Origin: Candidatus Firestoneibacteriota bacterium
GTDB lineage: Bacteria > Oederibacteriota > D2-FULL-39-29 > JBDRBU01
NCBI GenBank assembly: GCA_043822305.1
Contig: JBDRBU010000034.1
Location: forward strand, 1-52,911
Direction: 5' to 3'
Length of the DNA: 52,911 nt
Shown here: piece after piece, positions 18,089 through 27,138 of the stretch
Position numbering within the stretch: the stretch's first letter is position 1
Layout: the number at the start of each line of letters is the position of its first letter
Notes under the pieces: generated by a model
The model's input: the letters and a program-made list of their open reading frames with translations, nothing else
The model's database searches: none
Told to the model about the DNA's origin: nothing
Made by a program: the position numbers and the translations under genes

Positions 18089-19702
18089 ATGAAAAAGATT
18101 TTGATAGGATGTATGTTAATGTTGGTTAGTTCTATTGGTTGGGCTCAAACACAAGTATATGTAGAACCACCATTAGAGTTTACTGATACACCGATAAAGA
18201 CAGCGTTAGAGACGATATTTCTGAAGGCAGGGGTGGTGTCATACTCGATAGAAGTGTCGAATATGGAGAACTTAGGATTGGTAACATTAAAGTTAACAGA
18301 GAGGACAGAGTTAGAGGCGTTATTAACTTTAGTCTTACAGCCTAAGGGATTAGAATTCAAGAAGGATGAGGGAGGAGTATATCATATAAAAAAGCAAGGG
18401 GCTGTTGGGGTTATATTGACGCCAAGGATAACGAAGTTATATGCCTTAACATATGCGACCGCAGGAGAATTGGTTAGACAGGTAAAAGGGGTATTAACAA
18501 AAGAAGGGGTAATAAGTGTAGATATAGGGACGAACTCGTTAATCATAACAGATGACCCATCAGTATTTGAAGGGGTGGAGAATTTGTTAAAGGAATTAGA
18601 TAACCCTGAAAGGAAAGCGAAGTTAATAGCCATAAAAAGTAAGTTAATAGAGATAAGTAAGGTAGTAGATACGACATTATCGATAGATGCCCAGTATACA
18701 AAGGGGGCGGGGATATCAATAGGAGGAGGGACATTAACAGGGACTGGAGCATGGACAGGGACAAGTTTTGCGACAGCCTCGCTTATATCTGGTGGAGGAG
18801 GATTTTTCTTAGGTCCATTCTCATGGACAAATGGAATGGATACAATAGTATCACAGTTATTTGCGACTACTGGTAGCACGAGTATAGATATGATAGCAGA
18901 GCCGGATCTATTGGTTGAGGATGGGACAGAGGCGAGGATACAGGTTGGCACTAAGGAGCCACTGGTGTTAACGAGTGAGGATGATGATGGCGACGTAACA
19001 ACAACTGTTACATATCAGGATGTGTTTATAATATTAACAGTAACACCGCAGAGTCAGAGGGATGGGACGATAAGTGTGCAGATAAATCCGCAGTTGAACC
19101 AGATAGCAGGATTTGTATGGTCACCTTCAGGTACTGTCCCAAGAATAGACAACAGGGAAGTCAGGACGAAGTTATTTGTGAACAATGGAGGGACCATTAG
19201 ACTGGGAGGGATGTTTAAGGATAGGACGACGATATCAGAGACTAAGATACCATTTATAGGGGATATACCTTTAATAGGGTTGTTATTTAAGTCGACGAAT
19301 CCAATAACAGACAGGATAGAATTACAGATATTGGTAAGTCCACATATAGCAGATTATGCACCGCCGAGATGTAAGGATACGCCATGGATAAGTATATTAG
19401 AGGCGAGTATGGCCGGGGATATGGATGTAAAGATAGACTGGAGCAAGGATTTACCATTTGGAGCGAATGGGATATTTAGCTACAATGTGTACAGGGATGT
19501 GCAGCCGATAGAAAATTTAGAAGATAGAAAGCCATTTGCAGGTGGAATAAGTGGAGATGCAACAAGTTGGATAGATATGAGTAAAAAGAGGAGAGGTGGA
19601 ACATATTATTATGTAGTAACATCGGTAAATCCATCTGGAATGGAACAGTCTATATCACCCGACCCAAAGTTTAATGCCGTGATAACTATACCTGAAAAAT
19701 AG
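18089..19702 (+). CDS. Secretin (GspD/PilQ) with C-terminal FnIII-like extension
   Basis: Signal peptide, N-domain (DIGTNSLIITD...LKELD), LTVTP, KIPFIGDIPLIGLLFKS and LVSPHI motifs. Confidence 0.85.
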   Translation: MKKILIGCMLMLVSSIGWAQTQVYVEPPLEFTDTPIKTALETIFLKAGVVSYSIEVSNMENLGLVTLKLTERTELEALLTLVLQPKGLEFKKDEGGVYHIKKQGAVGVILTPRITKLYALTYATAGELVRQVKGVLTKEGVISVDIGTNSLIITDDPSVFEGVENLLKELDNPERKAKLIAIKSKLIEISKVVDTTLSIDAQYTKGAGISIGGGTLTGTGAWTGTSFATASLISGGGGFFLGPFSWTNGMDTIVSQLFATTGSTSIDMIAEPDLLVEDGTEARIQVGTKEPLVLTSEDDDGDVTTTVTYQDVFIILTVTPQSQRDGTISVQINPQLNQIAGFVWSPSGTVPRIDNREVRTKLFVNNGGTIRLGGMFKDRTTISETKIPFIGDIPLIGLLFKSTNPITDRIELQILVSPHIADYAPPRCKDTPWISILEASMAGDMDVKIDWSKDLPFGANGIFSYNVYRDVQPIENLEDRKPFAGGISGDATSWIDMSKKRRGGTYYYVVTSVNPSGMEQSISPDPKFNAVITIPEK

Positions 19703-19740
19703 AATTGGGGTCAAACCTTGAATGTGGAATGCAAAAAATG

Positions 19741-19776
19741 TCCCCCACTACTAAATGTGGTGGGGGATATTTATTT
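19741..19776 (+). terminator. Hairpin/terminator after the secretin
   Basis: TCCCCCACTA-CTAAATG-TGGTGGGGGA followed by TATTTATTT. Confidence 0.55.
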
Positions 19777-19787
19777 AAAAGGACAAT

Positions 19788-20273
19788 ATGAAGTTTAAAG
19801 GAAAAGTTTGGAAATTTAAAGACAATGTAAATACTGATGAGATAATACCAGGCAGGTATTTAAATACATCTATTCCAAAAGAATTAGCCAAGCATGTTAT
19901 GGAAGATATAGACGCTAACTTTGTAAAAAAAATAAAACCTGGAGATATTATTGTTGCTGGAAAAAATTTTGGTTGTGGGTCCTCAAGGGAACATGCACCC
20001 CTGGCCATAAAAGCTTTAGGTATTTCCTGTGTTATGGCTAAAAGTTTTGCAAGAATATTTTATAGAAACTCTTTCAATATAGGACTGCCTATAATTGAAA
20101 GTGAAGAAGTGGTGAAAAATGTTAAAGAAGGTGATGAGTTAGAGATAGATATCGAAAAAGGTATTATAAAAAATATATCTTCTGGGGTAATATATAGTAT
20201 CCAGCCTTATCCGGAGTTTATGCAAAGTTTAATAAAATCCGGTGGTCTGATGAATTATGTGAGAGAATCATAG
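19788..20273 (+). CDS. leuD: 3-isopropylmalate dehydratase/homoaconitase small subunit
   Basis: [21 protein letters not shown] and SFARIFYRN motifs. Confidence 0.9.
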   Translation: MKFKGKVWKFKDNVNTDEIIPGRYLNTSIPKELAKHVMEDIDANFVKKIKPGDIIVAGKNFGCGSSREHAPLAIKALGISCVMAKSFARIFYRNSFNIGLPIIESEEVVKNVKEGDELEIDIEKGIIKNISSGVIYSIQPYPEFMQSLIKSGGLMNYVRES

Positions 20274-20278
20274 TCCAG

Positions 20279-20536
20279 ATGAATAGTAAAAACACATTGG
20301 TAGCAAAAATAAAAAGGACTTTTACTTCAATTTTGCCTATTGATAAAAACAGGATTGGACAGTGTCTTAGATGTGGAAGGTGTTGTAGGTTGCCAAATGT
20401 TTGTCCATTTTTAAAAATTGGAAAAGATAAAAATATAGTTTGTCTTATCTATCTTATCAGACCTTTAAACTGCAGAAAATATCCAAGAACAAAATCCGAA
20501 TGGCTTACTTCTGATGTTTGTGGGTACAGATTTTAA
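20279..20536 (+). CDS. Small Cys-cluster protein (YkgJ-like Zn/Fe-S)
   Basis: CxxCxxCC...CPFL...C.IY.IRP..CRKYP...C pattern. Confidence 0.7.
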   Translation: MNSKNTLVAKIKRTFTSILPIDKNRIGQCLRCGRCCRLPNVCPFLKIGKDKNIVCLIYLIRPLNCRKYPRTKSEWLTSDVCGYRF

Positions 20537-20575
20537 ATAGGGACACCCATTTTTTACTCAAAAAAATCCTTTTTC

Positions 20576-20604
20576 TTTCATTTTAAAGAATATTCTGGTA
20601 TAAT
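20576..20604 (+). promoter_or_regulatory. Extended -10 promoter directly upstream of the modular array
   Basis: TTTCAT-17 bp-TATAAT with TGn; predicted start at about 20611. Confidence 0.5.
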
Positions 20605-20607
20605 TTA

Positions 20608-21067
20608 TAGTCTGGTTGCCAATGCAACCAACTATTCCTAGTATTATTTATTTACATTATGGAAAGTCATAGTCTGGTTGCCGTAAATAGTCAGTAAAAG
20701 CCGTGAGGATTATATTCCCATATTCCCCCTTTGTTAAGGGGGATCAAGGGGGTTGTTGTTAGACAATACGATATGGAACGGCAACGATTATTAGAATTCA
20801 TGAAATTTAAGCGTTAAAAGAACAACCCCCTAACCCCCTTTATTAAGGGGGAATTAAAAATTAGAGGGCTTTCACTGAATACTTACTGGTTGCCAATGCA
20901 ACCAACTATTCCTAGTATTATTTATTTACATTATGGAAAGTCATAGTCTGCCCGCCTAATGCGGGCAACTATTCCTACTCTGATTGCTTTGCAATCAAGT
21001 ATTCCTAATATATTGATTTTACATTAAAGTAAGTCATAATATTATTTGGTTACATTATTGAAAGTTA
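20608..21067. repeat. Modular array of A (bulged hairpin + TTCC) and B (31-nt) units
   Basis: A 20608-38, B 20639-69, A 20670-912 (split by the MITE), B 20913-43, A 20944-75, A 20976-21005, B 21006-36, B 21037-67. Confidence 0.85.
20683..20886. mobile_element. MITE-like element, copy 3 (204 bp) with 8-bp TSD
   Basis: TIRs GTAAATAGTCAGTAAAAGCC / GGCTTTCACTGAATACTTAC; TGGTTGCC duplicated at 20675-82 and 20887-94. Confidence 0.9.
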
Positions 21068-23025
21068 TGAATATGGAAACTTCAAATAAAAATAAAATAA
21101 TAATTGTAGGTAATCCAAATGTTGGCAAAAGTGTAATATTCAACAATTTAACAGGTGTATATGCTACTGTTTCTAATTATCCTGGAACAACGGTAGAAGC
21201 ATATAGGGGTAGGACAGTTATAGATAAAACCGAGTATGAAGTAGTAGATACTCCTGGGATGTATTCATTTGTATCCATTACTGAAGAAGAAAAAGTAGCA
21301 AGAGATATAATTTTAAATGAAAGAACAAAGGTAATCTTGCATATTGTTGATGCAAAAAATTTAGAAAGGATGTTGCCTTTTACTTTACAACTTATTGAGG
21401 CTAATTTACCTGTTATCTTAGTGCTTAATATAATGGATGAGGCTGAAAGATTGGGAATAAAGATAAATATTGAATCTCTTGAAAATGAATTAGGTATACC
21501 GATTGTTTCAACAATAGGGACATTAGGGAAAGGAATAAAACTTTTAAAAGAAAAAATATCCAACTATACTTCAAAACCAGCCAAATATTTTAGTTATGAT
21601 AATAATATTGAAGATTTTATAAAATTGATTAGTGCTGAAAAGTTAAGAAAAAAATATATAGTTTCAAAAAGATTCATATCTATTCTTCTTTTACAGGATG
21701 ATCCTCAAATAAATTATATGGTTAAAGAAAAAGAGCCGGAAAATTATAAAGTAATTCAAGAATTGATAAAGAAATTAAGAAAAAAATATTCCAATTCTTT
21801 GAATTATACAATATCTCTTGAAAGACAGAAAAATGCTTCTATTATTGTCCATAAATCTCAGAATTTTTCGAAACTTAAGGGTATGGATTTTGCTGAAACA
21901 TTAAGCAGGATGACCATGAAGCCATTAACAGGGTATATATTGGCTTTTATAATACTTTATTTTGGGTTGTATAAATTTGTTGGTGAGTTTGGTGCAGGAA
22001 CTTTAGTTAATTTTATTGAAGATAAAGTTTTTGGAGAATTTATTATTCCACCCGCAACAAATTTTATTGAATATATTTTTCCATGGAAGGTATTGCAGGA
22101 TTTGTTTGTTCATGATTATGGTCTAATTACACTTGCTATGAGATATGCAGTAGCAATTATTTTACCAATAGTAGGGACATTTTTTCTTGTATTTGCTATT
22201 ATCGAAGATTCGGGATATTTGCCAAGATTAGCCATGTTAATTGACAGATTATTTAAAAATATAGGGTTAAGTGGTAGAGCGGTTATTCCCATGGTACTTG
22301 GTTTTGGATGTGGTACAATGGCGGTAGTAGTAACAAGAACTTTACCTACACGAAAGGAAAGGATTATGGCCGTACTTCTTCTTTCTCTGTGTATTCCATG
22401 TTCTGCTCAATTAGGAGTAGTTTTTGGACTTTTAAGTAATAATCCAAAAGCGTTAGTTTTATGGCTTGGGATAATTTCTTTAATTTTTCTTTTAGTAGGG
22501 TTTTTTGCTTCAAAAATCATGACAGGAGAGTTGCCTGTATTTTTTATGGAAGTGCCTCCTCTAAGATTTCCGAAGATTACTAATGTTTTAATTAAAACTT
22601 ATACTCGTGTAAAATGGTATTTTAAAGAAGTTTTTCCATTGTTTATTCTGGTTAGTTTTTTTATATGGGTTGGACAGATTACTGGAATATTTGATATAAT
22701 AATAAGGTTAGTAGGTTATCCGGTTAAATGGATTGGGCTTCCTCAAGAAGCTTCTGTTTCATATTTATTTGGATTTTTTAGAAGGGACTATGGAGCCGCC
22801 GGCCTTTATGATCTGAACAAATCTGGATTACTTAACGGAAATCAACTCCTTATATCTGTGATTACAATGACACTGTTTCTTCCTTGTGTCGCTCAATTTT
22901 TAGCAACTATTAAAGAAAGTGGTTGGAGGGTAGGTACGACTATTGCTGTTGTTGTTCTTTTTATTGCTTTTTTTACTGGATATTTTTTAAATTTAATATT
23001 TAATGTTTTTAGGATAATAATATAA
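21067..23025 (+). CDS. feoB: Ferrous iron transporter B
   Basis: GNPNVGKS, NYPGTTVE, DTPG, EDSGYLPR and LGFGC motifs; polytopic C-terminus. Start 21067 or 21073. Confidence 0.93.
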   Translation: MNMETSNKNKIIIVGNPNVGKSVIFNNLTGVYATVSNYPGTTVEAYRGRTVIDKTEYEVVDTPGMYSFVSITEEEKVARDIILNERTKVILHIVDAKNLERMLPFTLQLIEANLPVILVLNIMDEAERLGIKINIESLENELGIPIVSTIGTLGKGIKLLKEKISNYTSKPAKYFSYDNNIEDFIKLISAEKLRKKYIVSKRFISILLLQDDPQINYMVKEKEPENYKVIQELIKKLRKKYSNSLNYTISLERQKNASIIVHKSQNFSKLKGMDFAETLSRMTMKPLTGYILAFIILYFGLYKFVGEFGAGTLVNFIEDKVFGEFIIPPATNFIEYIFPWKVLQDLFVHDYGLITLAMRYAVAIILPIVGTFFLVFAIIEDSGYLPRLAMLIDRLFKNIGLSGRAVIPMVLGFGCGTMAVVVTRTLPTRKERIMAVLLLSLCIPCSAQLGVVFGLLSNNPKALVLWLGIISLIFLLVGFFASKIMTGELPVFFMEVPPLRFPKITNVLIKTYTRVKWYFKEVFPLFILVSFFIWVGQITGIFDIIIRLVGYPVKWIGLPQEASVSYLFGFFRRDYGAAGLYDLNKSGLLNGNQLLISVITMTLFLPCVAQFLATIKESGWRVGTTIAVVVLFIAFFTGYFLNLIFNVFRIII

Positions 23026-23045
23026 ATATAAAAGGAGAAAAAAAA

Positions 23046-23684
23046 ATGATAAGTGAAAAAACAGAAGAGATATTGGAAGAATTATGGATAAAAATTATTG
23101 AGAATAAACAAAAATCGGTTAAAAAAAACGATTTAAATTTAAATGTAAAAGAATTAGTGGATTTAAAGTTAATAAATATAGATTCAAATGAAGTTAAGTT
23201 AACTGAAGAAGGAAAAAAAGAAGCAGAAGATGTAGTTAGAAGGCATCGATTGGCCGAAAGGCTTTTAGTTGATATTTTAGATGTTAAAGGAGGTCTTGTT
23301 CACGAATCTGCTTGCCAGTTTGAGCACCATCTTCACAGGGGAATTGATGAAAATATCTGCAGACTCTTAGGACATCCTAAGATATGTCCACATGGCAGTC
23401 GTATACCACCAGGAAAATGTTGTCGAGAGAAAAAAACCTATAAAGATATTAGAGTTATTTCTCCATTGGCGCAGGTAAAAGTTGGTGAGGAAGGCAAGAT
23501 TGCTTATATTCAAGCAGATGATCAGAGCAAACTAAGAACAATAATGGCGATGGGTATACTGCCTGGAATGGAGATTAAATTGATACAAAATTTTCCATCT
23601 TATTTATTTAATGTTGGTCACAGTCAGTTTGCTGTTGATGAAAACATTGCCAACGAAATTTTTGTTAGGATTGTAACTAAATAG
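23046..23684 (+). CDS. DtxR/MntR-family metal-dependent regulator with C-terminal FeoA domain
   Basis: RRHRLAERLL, ACQFEH, LGHPKICPHG, then an SH3-like FeoA domain (MGILPG). Confidence 0.85.
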   Translation: MISEKTEEILEELWIKIIENKQKSVKKNDLNLNVKELVDLKLINIDSNEVKLTEEGKKEAEDVVRRHRLAERLLVDILDVKGGLVHESACQFEHHLHRGIDENICRLLGHPKICPHGSRIPPGKCCREKKTYKDIRVISPLAQVKVGEEGKIAYIQADDQSKLRTIMAMGILPGMEIKLIQNFPSYLFNVGHSQFAVDENIANEIFVRIVTK

Positions 23685-23731
23685 GAACGTAAATCCTCTG
23701 GGCCAGAGACGACCCCGAGTACCGATCATAA

Positions 23732-24760
<1,029 letters not shown>

Positions 24761-24776
24761 TAAATCAAAAAAATTT

Positions 24777-27110
24777 ATGAAAAAATCAAAATTAATAACT
24801 GTTTTACCTTTTATTATTTCTTTATTTTTTTATTTACTAACAATTTGTCCCACTTTATATATTGGAGATGATGGCGAGATTGTTTCGGCAGCATATACTT
24901 TAGGCATTTCACATCCACCAGGTTATCCGCTATACACTATTTTAGGAAAAATATTTACTTATTTGCCTTTAAGCAATATTGCTTTTAGGATAAATCTTCT
25001 ATCTGCGTTTTTTGGGAGTCTGACAATATTATTATTATTCCTTACTTTATCCACTTTATTCACTTTTTCCACTTCAACCACTTCTTTCACTTTCCCCACT
25101 TTATTCGCTTCTTTGTTGTTTGCTTTTTCTTCAACATTTTGGTCGGCTAGTTTGCATGTGAAAGGGGGAATTTATACCTTAAATACATTTTTCATAATAT
25201 CTCTTTTTTATGTTTTACTAATAAATAGTCCAAATTTATTTGGTTTACTTCTGGGATTTGGTTTAGCGAACCATAATACACTTAGTTTATTTATACCCTC
25301 ATTTCTAATATTCATCTATGTCTATAGAAGAAACTGGCTAAAATTTAGTATTTTAAAATATATTTTGTTGCTGATATTTATCGGTTTATCCACTTATTTA
25401 TATTTAATAATCAGAGCAAATGCAAAACCATTGATGAATTGGGGTGACCCTTATAATCTTGAAAGAGCAATTTATCATATTTTCAGGAAACAATATGGCG
25501 AAATAAGTAAATGGCCGCATACAGTTGTTTCATTTATTAATATATGTAGTGTTTACTGGAAATGGTTGCTTAAAGAATTTACTCCGTATTTGCTGATTCT
25601 TATTCCATTTGGTGTATATAAATTTTACAAATTGGACAAAAAATTGTTTTGGATATTTATGTTTACTACCTTGACAACAATTTTTGGAATGATATATGTT
25701 TTAAATTTTGAAATTACCCCAAGGAATATCTATGTTTATGGGGTGTTTTTTATACCATCATTTATGTTTATATCTTTGTTTATAGGATCGGGATTATTTT
25801 TTCTAATAGAAAAGTTAAAATTCGTGAGTTATGTAATACCATTATTTGTATTGTTGCCCTTAATGAATAATTATTCTCGAGTAGATTTAAGTAAAAATTA
25901 TATTGCTTGTAATTACGGGATAAATATTTTAAAGACTGTAGATAAAGATGGAATATTGTTTACTGAAGGCGACAATCAGATGTTTGTCTTAGCCTATTTA
26001 CAGTATGTTGAAGGGATTAGAAAAGATGTTAGTATATATGACGATATAGGTTGTATATTTAAAAATATCTATGGGGAGAATTTCTTAAGACTTTCAAAAA
26101 TTGAAAAGGATGCCATTAGAAATAAAGCACAAAAAGAAATTATTGATAAAACAAATAGTTCTGTTTACATTCCAATAGTAAGTAGTAAAAGAGAAACTAT
26201 GGGATATTTTAAAAAAGAGCAGAATGGAATACTTTATAAAATTGTGAAAACCACACAGTTGAAAATCCAAAAAGATTTTAAAGATTATTACAACTTATCT
26301 GAAATTGAAAATAATTATGAGGATTATCTGGTTAGAGATATAATTGCTCAGTACTATTTCGCTTTTGGAGAATATTATTTTACTAAAGGAGAAAAACAAA
26401 AGAGTTTAGAGTATTTTGAAAAATGCGGTTTAGTTGGATATGATTCAGAGTGGGTATTTAATAATCTGGGTGTGGTTTATTTAGAGAAAGGATTTAAGGA
26501 GAAAGCATTGGAATATGCCCAAAAATCAATTTCAGTTAATCCAGATTCTGCAAAAGATCACGCAAATCTGGGTGTTATGTTTTATCAGCAAGGTAAATAT
26601 AATGAGGCCATAAATGCTTATCATAAGGCACTTGAATTAAATAGTAATTATGCAGAAGCATATAATGGTTTAGGAACTGTATATGGTCTTGCGAATGAGA
26701 ATGATAAATCTATAAAATGTTATGAAACGGCGATATCTTTAAAACCAAATTATGTGGAGGCCATAGCCAACATGGGAATAGTTTATCATAATAAAGGAGA
26801 AATAGATAAAGCAATAGAACTGTATAGAAAAGCCATCTTCATTAGTCCTAATTATTCAGATGCACATAATAATCTGGGTGTTTCATACGAATCCAAAGGG
26901 CTACTTGATGAAGCATTATCTGAATATAGGAAATCCCTGGAATTTAATCCTAATAAGCCAGATGCATATCATAATATTGGAGTTATATATTATAAACAAG
27001 GAAAATATAAAGAAGCAATTACAGAATGGGAGAAAACATTATCTTTGGATCCGAACTATATTAAAGCAAAACAGAATATAGAGTTAACAAAGAAAAAATT
27101 TAAGCATTGA
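24777..27110 (+). CDS. DUF2723 / TMEM260-like GT-C membrane protein with TPRs
   Basis: GDDGE...LGISHPPGYPLY, NHNT, NWGDP and GDNQMF motifs; about 7 C-terminal TPRs. Confidence 0.85.
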   Translation: MKKSKLITVLPFIISLFFYLLTICPTLYIGDDGEIVSAAYTLGISHPPGYPLYTILGKIFTYLPLSNIAFRINLLSAFFGSLTILLLFLTLSTLFTFSTSTTSFTFPTLFASLLFAFSSTFWSASLHVKGGIYTLNTFFIISLFYVLLINSPNLFGLLLGFGLANHNTLSLFIPSFLIFIYVYRRNWLKFSILKYILLLIFIGLSTYLYLIIRANAKPLMNWGDPYNLERAIYHIFRKQYGEISKWPHTVVSFINICSVYWKWLLKEFTPYLLILIPFGVYKFYKLDKKLFWIFMFTTLTTIFGMIYVLNFEITPRNIYVYGVFFIPSFMFISLFIGSGLFFLIEKLKFVSYVIPLFVLLPLMNNYSRVDLSKNYIACNYGINILKTVDKDGILFTEGDNQMFVLAYLQYVEGIRKDVSIYDDIGCIFKNIYGENFLRLSKIEKDAIRNKAQKEIIDKTNSSVYIPIVSSKRETMGYFKKEQNGILYKIVKTTQLKIQKDFKDYYNLSEIENNYEDYLVRDIIAQYYFAFGEYYFTKGEKQKSLEYFEKCGLVGYDSEWVFNNLGVVYLEKGFKEKALEYAQKSISVNPDSAKDHANLGVMFYQQGKYNEAINAYHKALELNSNYAEAYNGLGTVYGLANENDKSIKCYETAISLKPNYVEAIANMGIVYHNKGEIDKAIELYRKAIFISPNYSDAHNNLGVSYESKGLLDEALSEYRKSLEFNPNKPDAYHNIGVIYYKQGKYKEAITEWEKTLSLDPNYIKAKQNIELTKKKFKH

Positions 27111-27138
27111 CACCGTCAATGCACTCCAAAAAATAAAA

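Noticed and set aside
20608..21067. CRISPR array
   Set aside because: The inter-repeat units are themselves repeated and dispersed elsewhere; there are no unique spacers or cas genes.
20639..21067. B modules as DtxR/Fur operators for feoB
   Set aside because: They are not palindromic like DtxR/Fur boxes, and copies occur after yajC and the pilin gene, unrelated to iron.
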